Shown in pieces: positions 40,690 through 52,549 of a stretch of 64,000 nt of DNA. Source of the stretch: Octopus sinensis (Eukaryota); contig NC_042997.1 of the NCBI RefSeq assembly GCF_006345805.1, forward strand, positions 5,952,001 through 6,016,000. Reading direction: 5' to 3'. Made by a program: the position numbers and the translations under genes. The notes below the pieces were generated by a model. That model worked only from the letters and a program-made list of their open reading frames with translations, ran no database searches and was not told the origin of the DNA. How positions within the stretch are numbered: position 1 is the stretch's first letter; each line of letters begins with the position of its first letter.

Positions 40690-40861
40690 AGCGCGCTTGT
40701 GTATGTATGTATATACAACGGGCTTCTTTGAGTTTCCATATACCATATCCACTCACACGTCTTTGGTCGGTCCGAGGCTGAAGTAGAAGTGGGACGGAAG
40801 TGAGACGGAAGTGAGACGCAGTTGGAAAGAACCCGGAATAATGTGGTTGGGAAGCAAGCTT
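40570..40861 (-). mobile_element. SINE interrupted by the 40862-43492 insertion (remainder at 43493-43525)
   Basis: Left flank GTGGTTGGGAAGCAAGCTT plus right flank ATTACCTCACGGCC rebuilds the SINE segment seen intact at ~20553-20580 and ~44140-44171. Confidence 0.7.
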
Positions 40862-43492
40862 CTCTACTTCAATACATATTCCATAAAGACAGTACATAGA
40901 GAAAAGTATATTTGCGTGCAGGACAAGGACATTAATCAAATGAATGATAATGAAAGAAAGATGATAAGGATGGGAGTAAACAAAAAGCGCCCGCCGACTT
41001 CTGCTTCTCTAAAACATAGTTCTTTAAAACCAAACACAAAAGGAGGTATTAAAGGAGGTATTACAACTTTTACAACTTTTCAATTTTTGGACTTAACAGT
41101 CCATTACAAACAACAACATATTTCAATAATTACATGTAATATATATATAAACACTATACACAAAGCCCCTCCTCCCAGACCAGGCTTACGCTTCCCTTAG
41201 GCAATGCTCCAGCTCTAGGTCGGGACCCAGAAGGCTTATCTAAACACGTCCTTTGAGGAGGTGTTCATAACCCTGACCATAGCGACATCCAATATGATCT
41301 TCGTAGTCACCTTCGAATGCCACTCCTTGTCCTCTGTCCAGGGCACGGGCTCCTCCCTCCGGGAAGTAAGCTTCTTCATTTTATCAAATTGGCCATGGGG
41401 GCCTTACAATCACAGTTTTTTTTTGTTACATAAAAATCAAAAAGTCAATCAAACATCAAAAATACACTATCAATTTTCCCTTCTCCTCCTTCCGGTCCCC
41501 CAGTCAAATATCTAGCCGCCTGCAGAGCAGACCGCGTTAACAGCCGGGAGTTTAGAAAGAAGAAGGCCAAGTGCCGGTTATCAAATGATTGTGTCACAGT
41601 GCCACAATTTGTAACTCGCCCTTAACATCGGTTGTACCCGCATCCTCTTCCATCCTCTACGCCTCATTCAAGATTAAAGTGTGTTCCGTGTCGGCGTCGC
41701 CCGGGTTCAAGCGATATTTGTCATTGAGCCCCTCCAGCCTAAACTCCACGTCAAACGTTATGACCTCCACAGCTATCTGCGGAGACCATACGGGATCCTG
41801 TGTGAAAGATAAAGGTGCTCCCTTATGGTGCTTTACCACCACCTGTTCAACCTCTCCGCCTCTATAGAAGATCAATAATTCGTCTTCCTCTGGGGACAGG
41901 ATATCCAATTCTTCCGTTGGCGGCACACTTCTCCTGTCGGTGGCACAACCCCAACCGCCGTAGTTGCAGGACAATCCGGTACTATGTCTCCGACTGCCGG
42001 CAATGTCTCGTTTCTCTTCCTATTTATTATTTTCAACTGAGGGAGGGTGCGTCTCCTCCGTGACCAAGAGATTTGCCTCCCCATCCTCATCCCTAGGATA
42101 CTTCAGTGCGCACCTTCCTCCTCTTGCGGCACCTGTTTGAGGAGTCCTCCGCCTCCTCGGCCGCCTTCATTATCTCTTCTACAGAGGTCTCACTCAAATG
42201 CTCCAAGACCTTATTTTGTTCCTGGGGACAGTTTTTCTTTATATGGCAAGGCTCCAGGTACCGACGACACCTGGGAGAGCGGCCCTCAAGAAACACTAGA
42301 TGCTTGCAACCGTCCATTTAAAACAGAACTGGAAAAAACAAATTGGCTGATTGAGTCCAAAGGCTCAAAACAGTATTTGACCCAACCCAATCAACCGCAG
42401 GAAAAACATTCACATTAATGAGCCTAGCTCCGCTGTCACTCAGACCCCGGCGGATAGTCTCCTCTATCCACTCGAGTTTTATTCCGGGTGGCAACACGCA
42501 GAACAAAAACTTTCGACAACCTCCTCCCACAATACGTGGGAAGAAAAAAAATTCCTCGCCGTCCAAAGGCTGACTCGCTGGGGTATAAAATAGCAACCAC
42601 ACCGTTGCGTGTTTGGCGTCCCTGGAAATGAACTTAATTATTGGCAAATGCTCTGCCAACTCCTTTTCAATTGCAGTCTTTTCGGGTAGGGCGATGGTCT
42701 CGGGTGACTTGGAGTAGGTTCTCAACACCACCGTCCTATCTTCACGGTCTTTCAACCACTGTTTTGATTGTACAATCTCCCACTCCATATCTTTTTCTTT
42801 TTTCATTGCTATATTTCCCCTTTTTTTATCGGTTCGAAAATAGCTCAAAATAAATCTTAACAAGAGAGAAGAAAAAAGAAATCAAAAGAAAGTCAATAAA
42901 ATGGAAAGGAGAAAAGGAAACAATTCACAAAAAAAAGAAAGTGACATAAATTTAGACTAATGAAATCAATAGTTCAGAAACACAAAAAATATTCCGGCCA
43001 TTCAGTACTCCCGGCCTAGGTTGAACCAGGAACGCCACAACTGGAACTCAACTTCCACAAAAACTGGTATACAAACTGTTCAATCTTCGAAGGCACCCTC
43101 AAAACAGCGGTCCTCACAATTATTTTCAAATTCTTCAAAAGGTGAACAAATTTTTAGTAGGTGCGATATCCTCCACACAACAATTCTCATAATTAAGGGA
43201 AAACAATAATCCCTTAACATAAACAACTAAATAGGAAGACTAATACGCCCCCCAAAATTCTCACAATTAAGTGGGAAAAAATATTCGCTCCATGCAGGTA
43301 GATCGGAATTCTGAAACCAGTAGGATTCCTGCCTGTGCAAGAAAAAATTCTCAACAAAAATTACCACTGGACCCAAAAAAACAGAATCTTACCTTACAGT
43401 GGAGCTTCAAAAATTTACAATTCGAGACGGCTTCAAGAGCACGTCTCTTCGCTTTGGTGCCAAACGCCACAATTATTCGCACATGCGCAGTA
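40862..43492 (-). mobile_element. 2.63-kb L1/Tx1-like element with ORF1 but no recognisable endonuclease or RT
   Basis: 11-bp direct repeat GAAGCAAGCTT at 40851-40861 and 43493-43503; ~630-bp 5' UTR; gag-like ORF1; GC-richer than the flanks. Confidence 0.7.
41657..42863 (-). pseudogene. L1/Tx1-type ORF1 (RRM-like region plus zinc knuckle) with stops and a frameshift
   Basis: ORFs 42318..42863 and 42093..42317 are the same frame separated by a single TAA. Knuckle VFLEGRSPRCRRYLEPCHIKKNC (CCHC with the second C mutated). Continues after a frameshift into ORF 41657..41974. Confidence 0.7.
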
Positions 43493-43787
43493 GAAGCAAG
43501 CTTATTACCTCACGGCCACTCCTGATTATATATCTATTTTGCTATGAAATATCCATATAAACTTCAATCATCGACAATGCAATTATTTATGTTTCATCTT
43601 TATTTTAACTTCATGTCTGAAATGAGCAATCCCAAGCGAAGCTATAATTGATTTGATAAATATAACCCCAGGAAAAGAAATATTTTACATAATTTCACGC
43701 AAACTTAAAAACACGCACAAACGCCCACCACATAACTTTCTCTCATTTCTCTCATTTTCTTTCTCACATTCTCTGTATATATATATA

Positions 43788-44171
43788 CTCTTTTACTCTT
43801 TTACTTGTTTCAGTCATTTGACTGCGGCCATGCTGGAGCACCGCCTTTTAGTCGAGCAAATCGACCCCGTGATTTATTTTTGTAAGCCCAGTACTTATTA
43901 TATCGGTCTCTTTTGCCGAGCCGCTAAGTGACGGGGTCATAAACATACCAGCATCGGTTGTCAAGCAATGCTAGGGTGGCAAACACAGACACACATACAT
44001 ATATATATATACATATATACGACAGGCTTCTTTCAGTTTCCGTCTACCAAATCCACTCACAAGGCATTGGTCGGCCCGGGGCTATAGCAGAATACACTTG
44101 CCCAAGATGCCACGCAGTGGGACTGAACCCGGAGCCATGTGGTTGGTTAGCAAGCTACTTACCACACAGCC
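43788..44171 (-). mobile_element. full-length tRNA-derived SINE with internal CA/TA microsatellite
   Basis: Minus strand head GGCTGTGTGGTAAG...GGGTTCAGTCCC; 3' end CAGTCAAATGACTGAAACAAGTAAAAGAG; a 3'-half copy lies at 61471-61669 (+). Confidence 0.8.
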
Positions 44172-44181
44172 AGAGAGAGAG

Positions 44182-44351
<170 letters not shown>

Positions 44352-44546
44352 TGTGTGTGTGTGTATTTATGTACAAAAGTCTAAAGATATGAGAGGTGAA
44401 ATTGGACTTACATGCTACCATTTCTATGCATACAACATAAATTTAGTTTCACAAATAAAAGCAAATGAAGAAAGCTAACTCATCAGATTAACAGAGCATC
44501 ATGGTTACACCTGCGATTCAATTCATACACTTATATGTATACGTAA

Positions 44547-45335
44547 ACGAGTTTCGGCTGGAAAGTTCATAGGCAGTCTATGAAGGAGTGGTGCTACAGA
44601 AGTGAAATATGGCATGCATTCAATAATTCATATTAATAACTGCATTTCTTCGTTCCATGTAAACATATATGCCTATTCTATGAAGACTTCAGATGTACCA
44701 GGTAGGGAATTCTATTGAAGATGAGCAAAATTTTGAATCATGGTTTTAGCCCCCCCTCCCCCAGACATTCATGATGTTAAAAAATGGGCGGTTGAATTTA
44801 AGAGGGAAAAGTAATATCCTAAATATGCCCCAAGGTCTTTGTGCCCTGTGACTGCCATTACCAAAGAAAAATCTGATCATTTTCGTCAAATGGTGATGGA
44901 GAACAGGCGACTAACTATTAATGAAACAACCAATGCTATTAGTATATCCTGTGAGGGAGCTAAGAATATTCTACACAATAAACTTAGCATGGCGAAGATT
45001 TCTACTCTTTATGTGCCATGTCTCTTCGTAACTGATCAAGAGCGCGCCGTGAAAATTTGACAGTTCTTGCGGTAAATGCAGTGGATTGCCCTAAATGTTT
45101 CTTTAGCCAGAATAACTTTGAGCTCAAAAACACCCCTCCTCACATGTTCCAAAGAAGGCTAAGGTCATTTGATATGCATGGAGTGTGATGAGAATTATTT
45201 TGGATACAGAAGGCATTGTGTTAATTAACTAACTACAAGAGGGCCACACTATTAATGGAGATTACTATGCCAATTTGGTGAGACAGTAACGAAAGGCTAT
45301 GAAGATCACATGCCAACGAAAACTTACGAAAGGTG
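44547..45335 (+). mobile_element. mariner remnant, same family as 27490-28410
   Basis: Left TIR ACGAG..TCGGCTGGAAAGTTCATAGGC; RQMVMENRRLTINET.NAISIS.E...NILHNKL; GHTINGDYYANL. Confidence 0.75.
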
Positions 45336-48300
45336 TTTTGTATAATAAAGATAAACCCCAACACACAACCATTCTTTGACCGCCATAATGAAAGCTGTTT
45401 CACCAATGGGATCCAACCACTGCAACACCTTCATAACCAAGGGAAACCAAGCTGGAAGAAAGAATGTTAACTTATTTCTGTCTTTCTTTGTACCTCTGCT
45501 GGATATATATAGAATAATATAGGATATATGAGAAGTCAATTGTGTAAAAGGGTAAAGGAAAGCAGTTAATTTGTTAACAGTGTAAAACATGGGTTAATAT
45601 GGATTTTAAATTTGTCATAAGGCCATCAAAGTTGTGGGAGGGAGAAATTTTAGTGCATCAACTACAATACTCATCTGGTACCAATTTCATTGATATTGAA
45701 GGGATGAAACGTGAAGTCAACATCAGCAGAATTATATAAAATATTGCAAACATCATACCATATATCAAATCACAGAAAACAATAGAAATTTTTCCACAGT
45801 TATACGTAGAAAAGGAACCCATCTGGCTTTCGAAGATTTTCGAAGAACTCAACATGAGAAATTTCACATTCGAATGAAGTAATTAACGATATAAGAGCTA
45901 TTTCTTAGACGAAAAACAAGAGAGGTAGAGAATACCTTGAAAATAGATTAGACAGGCATAATTCATAAAACACAAAAATATATCTACCACAGTTAGATTG
46001 AGGAATATTTCCTCAAGAAAAGCAGTCAATGCCACTCTTCTCATCGCAATATATTTCAGGAATAACTTTTTATAAAATGGCACTTGTGGTCATATGTTTT
46101 GGTCACAATACTTGACAAACGTAATATATTGTGAACAGCTACATTCGAGCTGTCTCTATTTTTACTTGAAATAATATGAATCATCATATATTCATGCGTA
46201 TTTTAATTCAGTTTTACAGGAGACAGCCTTCTAGATTTTAGTGTTTAGCTATTAGATTAAAGGAATTCAGTATCTTAGTGTTGGTTCTTTAATAGTCCTA
46301 GAAGTGTCAAACGTCTAGTTGAAGTTGGCCACATTTCAATGTAATACTACTGGACCAAAATGATAAAATATTGATGAGCGGATTCTTCTGCTTACAAACA
46401 CTACCCACCATTTCTTTAATATTATATATTAGCTGCAATTAATACGCTATATTTCAAACATATTTTCGGAAAATATATCACATTCAAAATATACACAACA
46501 TAAATTTATATTGTGATTTAAACAATAATTGTTATTTAAATCTCACGGGAACCTTACAGCAAAGAATAGTTCTAATTCAGTAAAAAATTCTTGAATTAAC
46601 GTAATCGCTCCTAGGTCGAATACTTTTTTGTCTCTTTTTTTCTGGCACGCATTCCGTCTGAGTAGAAGATTTGACTACACAACTGAAATAATTCTTGTTC
46701 AACGTTATGGAAAGCTGATCTAACATTTCTCGAAATGAACCTCCAGTTTTAATGATGAACTATTGGCTTCGTACTTAGGCACAACGCCAATGTTTGAAAG
46801 AAGAATATTGATTATTATACTTCTAGTATTTATTATATCTTGAGTGAAATGTGAAGTACATATTGTGGTATTTTGAACTGAAAAACCTAAATGACGGAAT
46901 CAAAGTTTTATTTCTGTTTATAATTCATCGCTTCTTCACTCTCTGAAAATTTTGTATTCTGTAAGTAAAAGTTTCTGTAAGATCAAGAGAAATTTCAACG
47001 TAGTGAAATGGTTTCAATCGGAGATTGAAATTGAAATAACAAAAGATTGAAATACATTTATTCGGTTTTGCACTGAATCCGTCACCTCTACCAATATTTG
47101 GAAATGCACTTTCGAAAAGGACTGTCCAATGTATTTATGTATTAATCTCTTTCAGTTGTATTTCTAGTAGACAATTTCGTTGGAAAATCAGTACGTAAAT
47201 TTCCTGGCCGATGGCTTTACTCATTTTAAGGGATTAATCAAATCTCTCAACAAAATTTAATGCAAATAAAACCAACTTCGAAAAATGTATTCTAATGCAA
47301 TATAACAAAATCTTTAAATATATATCTGCTTGACAAATCTTAAAAGCTTTTTCCATCAAATTTCTGCACTACTAAACATTGAAGTTAGCCTAATTAATAG
47401 TTGATGCTAAATACAATACATCTGGTATGGCCAATGGTTGCATTTTAGAAAATTATTGCATTGCATACACTATAAGTGGAACATATTCGAATAGTATTCT
47501 GAAATACATTCATTTGTTCTTTCATCAATCAATGTATTATGTTATAATCATCAGAAACGCGTACAATGAAGATGTATGAATGACCAGCATCATACCATAT
47601 TGCTTTACCGATAATTATTGGTAAGCTTTTTACCTATCTCTTGTGTTTCTTGAGCAAACGTGTGTCACTATATCACACATTCCTGCTTTGTCCCAATCTA
47701 CTGAATATAAAAATCATTCATCAGTTATCTAAATATGAAAAATTTTTCATTGCCATAACAAAATCGATTTAAAATTCTATACAGGGACATATTAACACGC
47801 ATGGAGTATATGGTCTAATATTTTATGCGCTTGATTCATATGAAATAAATATTTGAGGTGGATTGCCCATGGCAGAAATTACAAAAGCTACTCAGAGATA
47901 TTGCAAGCTGTTTCCTAGGAGGTGGATACATCCACCGCAATGTCGAAAACCATTCTGTGCCACAAGCAAGTAGGTCAGTGTCACATGAGTCTCACTCTTT
48001 GACGAAAACATTACAAGTGAATGAGGCCACGAGGACCAAATTAGAATTCACATTTTGAAGTGCTCCATCTGTGTTCCTTTATCAACCACAGTCACCTTGA
48101 TCTGGTTTCTGCTAGTGTACCTATCGGTGGACTTTTCGTCTGTTGTTTAGTTTCCAACCAACCATCTTCGAGCAATAGCGTAGCAAGAAATATATATTTC
48201 TCATATTTCCTTATATGTAAACTCTACCACTTGATGTGTCTTTGTATTGTCCTCCCTTGAATTTCACCTCTGGCAAATAAGAGAATCATCATCATCATCA

Positions 48301-48691
48301 TTACATCATTGTGTCACTGAAGTACAAATATACGAAGCCCAATATAACAATCATCACTAACCGTCTGGTAAGGGAACATTACGCACAAGCACCGCGTAAA
48401 CGTGTACGCGACATTGTGATCTTATATAAAGATAACCAGCACCATACCCTGCAGGGGAGGGAGTAGTTAGAATTTTTTCAGGAACGTACCCATCCCATTT
48501 CTGAATAAGGAATGTTTAAAGATGATGAAAAAACAACCATGTTACCAGGTGAAATGTTCAATGACTTCTTCTCATCATACGGCTATGGTGCTCCTTCAGT
48601 TTTCTTCCTTACTATCAGAGACGCACATATCGTCAAGCAACTGACAAGCCAATTTGTGGTATTCAGCAGAATATTTGCTGTAGCTAACAAA

Positions 48692-48812
48692 TCATCATCA
48701 TTGTTCGACCGCGGTCGAGACAATGGAATTTACCACGCCAGACTTCACGGTCCATCATGGCATTACGGAGGTCCTGTTGCTGGATGCCTGTATCCCTGGA
48801 GATTACATCAGG
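48692..48812 (-). mobile_element. very short 5'-truncated RTE insertion with target-site duplication
   Basis: Matches the 3' UTR at 26782-26915; flanked by GTAGCTAACAAA at 48680-48691 and 48813-48824. Confidence 0.85.
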
Positions 48813-49232
48813 GTAGCTAACAAAACATGTACATCATAACACTTCCAATCAGTTAAGATCAACAGCCATGAAAGCCGGGGACTTGTATTATATCGTATGA
48901 CATCAGGGTATATTATTGTAATTACTATTATCATTAATATTATTTCTTTTTATCACAGGATATGTTGGAACTCCTAGAGTCTTGCATGCCTAGCGAGCTT
49001 GCAAGGTGCAGGCTACGGTACCATACTCTCTATCCTTTCCTGATTATTCTGGCCGTGACTAAGGCGAAAAACCATTGAAACAGTTATACTGGGCACTCTA
49101 TTCCAATTTTATTTATTTTCTTTTTAATGACTTCCGAAACTGTTCCCAAAGACCCAACAATAATTAACACTCTCTTCACCATCTTCATTTGCCATAGCTG
49201 GGTTATTTTGTACTTAAGAAGGTGTATTTACA

Positions 49233-49558
49233 TTATTTACATTCAACAGATTTTGTCCTCATCTTGTTTATTGTTAACAACGTTTTGACTGATATACTCT
49301 TCAGCCTTCATCAGGTGTCTTAGGCAAATTTCGAGCCTGGGTCCCCATTCCTAAGGTATTTTTCGATGTTATTGTTATTATTATTATTAGTAGTATTGTT
49401 CAGGTCACTGCTTGGAATCGAACTGGGAATCTTGAGCTTAGTAGCCCGCGCTCTAAACCAATACGCCCTGTGCCCTCGGGTATGTGAACGCTATATCAGC
49501 CGGAACGTTGCGTTAACAACAAACAAGATGAGGATGAATATCTCTCTAATGTAAATAA
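49233..49558 (-). mobile_element. composite non-autonomous element: inverted arms enclosing a tRNA-like Pol III head and a decayed hammerhead core
   Basis: Imperfect inverted arms 49233-49296 / 49492-49558; B box GTTCGATTCC (minus, 49414-49423); CTGATGA at 49314-49308 (minus). Confidence 0.6.
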
Positions 49559-49727
49559 CATAAATAATGAATATAATGTACATAATTCCTCATCTCATAA
49601 ATATAGAAATGTAAGGTTGTATTTATTTATTTTTCGTCTGTCTCTTGAATATTCGTGGGTCAAAGTGGCATGCAACATCAAATATATAGCACACGTGTTG
49701 CATTGTTTCGACCAATACTAGGTCAGG

Positions 49728-50345
49728 TCATTTATAATCTAGCTTTTGCACTTTATCGAGGCCAATTTCCATACTGATCACAACACTGAATTGTTTAACA
49801 GTCCCTAGTATGGCCTGTAGTTGTTGGTCATTTGCTGCAAAGAGATTTATATCATCCATGTAACTCAGGTGATTTATATTTTTATCAGACATTTTATAAC
49901 CGTATTGTACATTATTGAGCAGTTTCGAGAGAGCTATGAAGGAGAGACAAAACAGGAATGATGATAGAGAATCACGCTGGAAAATGCCACATGAAATTCT
50001 TACATCTCCAGCATTAAGCGATTCATTGTCACTGTTCAAAGTCAGTGTGGTTCTCCATGATCTTTTATTTACAGATAAGATGTTTCGCAGATTAGGTCCT
50101 ATTTTATAAATTTGTAGACTATCAAAAGCTTTTGCATAGTCTATCCAAAATTTTGTGTCGTTTGTGACAATCTTCTAAGATGGTCTTATTGAGGAGTAAC
50201 TGATCTTTAGAACCATATGACCCAAGTTTACTTCCTTGTTGCCCATTAGGCAAAATGCCACGTTCTATTTAAAAACATAGGTATATTCACTCAAGTCAGA
50301 TATTAGCATTTTATACATTGTTGTTAAGCAGGTTGTCTATAATAA
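49728..50345 (-). mobile_element. R4/Dong-like LINE RT fragment
   Basis: GSKDQLLLNKTILED; WIDYAKAFDS; GIFQRDSLS; INHLSYMDDINLFA (ORF 49728..50039). Confidence 0.85.
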
Positions 50346-50383
50346 TTTTGTTTATTTGTTTCTTCATTTTTTGGAAGTTGTTA

Positions 50384-50417
<34 letters not shown>

Positions 50418-50444
50418 CATCATCATCATTATTATTGTTATTAT

Positions 50445-52075
50445 AGACGTCGCACAGTATAGAACATCTGTGTTTGTTTATTGAAGATGTTGTGCTTTGT
50501 ACAGGTTGTCCATTGAACTCAGGCCTACAGTACTTTACGCAATATGAGTGCACTTCCAATTAATGTCGTCTTTTGCAATACGTCTATATTGTAGGGTATT
50601 TCTAAAGTAATCAGACATATTTTTTTTCAGATTAGGTGGTATTGGACCAAATCCTCCAATGTCAATAGGGTTAGCCTTTACCTTTGATTCTCGTAGCTGC
50701 CACATCTTAGTGATCATGTCTACCTATATCAAACGCTTCACATTCTTTCATGATAATATGTTGAAATCCTGGCATTGTCAGGTCAATTATTACGCTCTCT
50801 TGTTTGGCCCTCCTAAACATTCCGATATCTGGCCTTCGGTGCTAAATTTCTTCTTTTCGTCCATTCCCTTTTCCAGTGTATATTGGTACCAACCTCATAT
50901 CCATACTTATTACATAGTAGTCAGTGGAGGTTTTAGGTTCCCTTGTCGTGTCTACGCTTCTACTCTTTCTGCGCAACATTTTCACAAGCAATAAAAGTAT
51001 GAGTAACACTTTCGAATTTCTTCCAACAACTTTTCTAGAGACCCTTCCATTTGTGTAGTGTATATTATTTTCAATTAGGCTTTTCACTCTTCTTTTTTAG
51101 GTCACCCTTATTAAGCCACTTCAATGATGCTTCCTAGTCGTATACTTTGTTACCTTCACGGTAGAACTCACCATGTTATTGCATGCGGATTAGTGTTCTT
51201 TTTTTCTTGTTGACTGTCCATGCTCGGAATTCATGAGCACTCTCAAGCCCATTTTTGTTAAATTCTTCTGCATTAGCAGCATACTGTAGCATGTTTGGTT
51301 TGCTGCTTACCGAATAATCTGACATGTTTTTTTTTCACTGTTGACGCAGTCCCGTACGTTAGTCCGCCCATGTCCACGTTTACACTTCTTCATGTAGATC
51401 GTGTATACATTTGTCTTAGGGTGGAGGGCACCATACATTGTCATTGTCATCCGGGTAGTGCGATTGGGTTGGTTAATTATCCGCTTTTGTCCATTTAGGG
51501 ATGAATGCCTTACAGCGGACTACAACAACTGCCAGTATGTCGATGGCAGTCACAAAGTTTCTTGAGGAGAGTTTTGATTTCAAGAGAAGTTTAAGGCGCA
51601 TGAAATATGCTGTGATGAACTTGTCTTTCATTTCTTTATGCAAGATATCAGGTTCGCATCATCATCCGAGTTTTCCATAACCTCCCCGTTTGTCAATTCT
51701 ATGTCCCTACAATTTACTCTTTTTCCCCGCTCCGAAGTAAGCCCCATACACTTCGAGATACTGAATTCCATTCCTATATACTTGCTTCACATTTGCACAG
51801 TCTCAGTCAGCCTCTCCATTTCAGACTTTGTTTTTCCGAAGAGTTTTAAGTCATCCATAAAGGGAAGGTGGTTGATACGTGGTTCATTCTCTCGCGGTTG
51901 ACAGTGCGCGCTGACTTTTCTTAAGAGTACGGAAAGTGGGATCAAGGCTATAACAAATAACAGAGGTGAACAAGAGTCTTCTTGACAGATACCCCTTTTG
52001 ATTGTTACCTCGGTTAAATGATTGTTGTTATAGGAAAGGCATGTTTTCCAACTAGGCATCTTGTTTTAAATCAGT
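50445..52075 (-). mobile_element. R4/Dong-like LINE: RT, zinc knuckle and REL endonuclease, ending in a (TAA)n tail
   Basis: GICQEDSCSPLLF...INHLPFMDDLKLF (ORF 51787..52059); ESVTH..AC..VAQKE*KRRHD; RPDI...IIDL; WQL...PI.IGGFG; followed by (AAT)n at ~50380-50440. Confidence 0.85.
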
Positions 52076-52179
52076 GCAAACACGTTCGCAGCTATTCCAC
52101 ACGTGCCGAATGTTTTCAAAATCCACGAATGTGGCAAGATATACCTTATTATTATCATTATTATTATTATTATTATTGC

Positions 52180-52355
52180 CTTTGTACAGCTCCTAACGCT
52201 GGAGATGTATTAAAGTGTCAGCTGTTAACTAACGGTGAATTAATTGTTTTCCGAGCACCTTCTGGAGTATTCGAGCGGTTACAAGCAGTGCTGTTTTCTG
52301 CAAATGCTTCACCTTTATTGCAGCCCCTATTTGTTCCATGTATTTCTGGAGATAT
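52180..52355 (-). mobile_element. short 3'-end fragment of an R4/Dong-like LINE with (TAA)n tail
   Basis: Minus translation LQKYMEQIGAAIKVKHLQKTALLVTARILQKVL followed by a short UTR and (AAT)n at ~52148-52177. Confidence 0.7.
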
Positions 52356-52498
52356 TATTATTATTATAAGTTGTAGTAGTAGTAGCAACAACAGCGGCAG
52401 TAATAGTAGTGTAAGTAGTAGTATTAGGGGTAGTGGTGGTGGTAGCAGCAGCAGTAGTAGTAGTAGTAGTAGTCGTGGTGGTGGTGGTGGTGGTGGTG

Positions 52499-52549
<51 letters not shown>

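Noticed and set aside
40785-40820. Short tandem repeats (GGAAGTGAGAC x3; also AAAGGAGGTATT x2 at ~41038 and a 31-bp duplication at 8381-8442) considered as CRISPR-like or regulatory arrays
   Set aside because: Adjacent slippage duplications without unique spacers, in a eukaryotic context.
45800-45875. Copia RNase H-like peptide KEPIWLSKIFEEL
   Set aside because: Lacks the preceding STxEAEY and following DN motifs, and no LTR or integrase is nearby.
47700-48260. Possible decayed L2/CR1 RT C-terminus on + (AEITKATQRYCKLF)
   Set aside because: Only one loose motif; not enough to support a feature.
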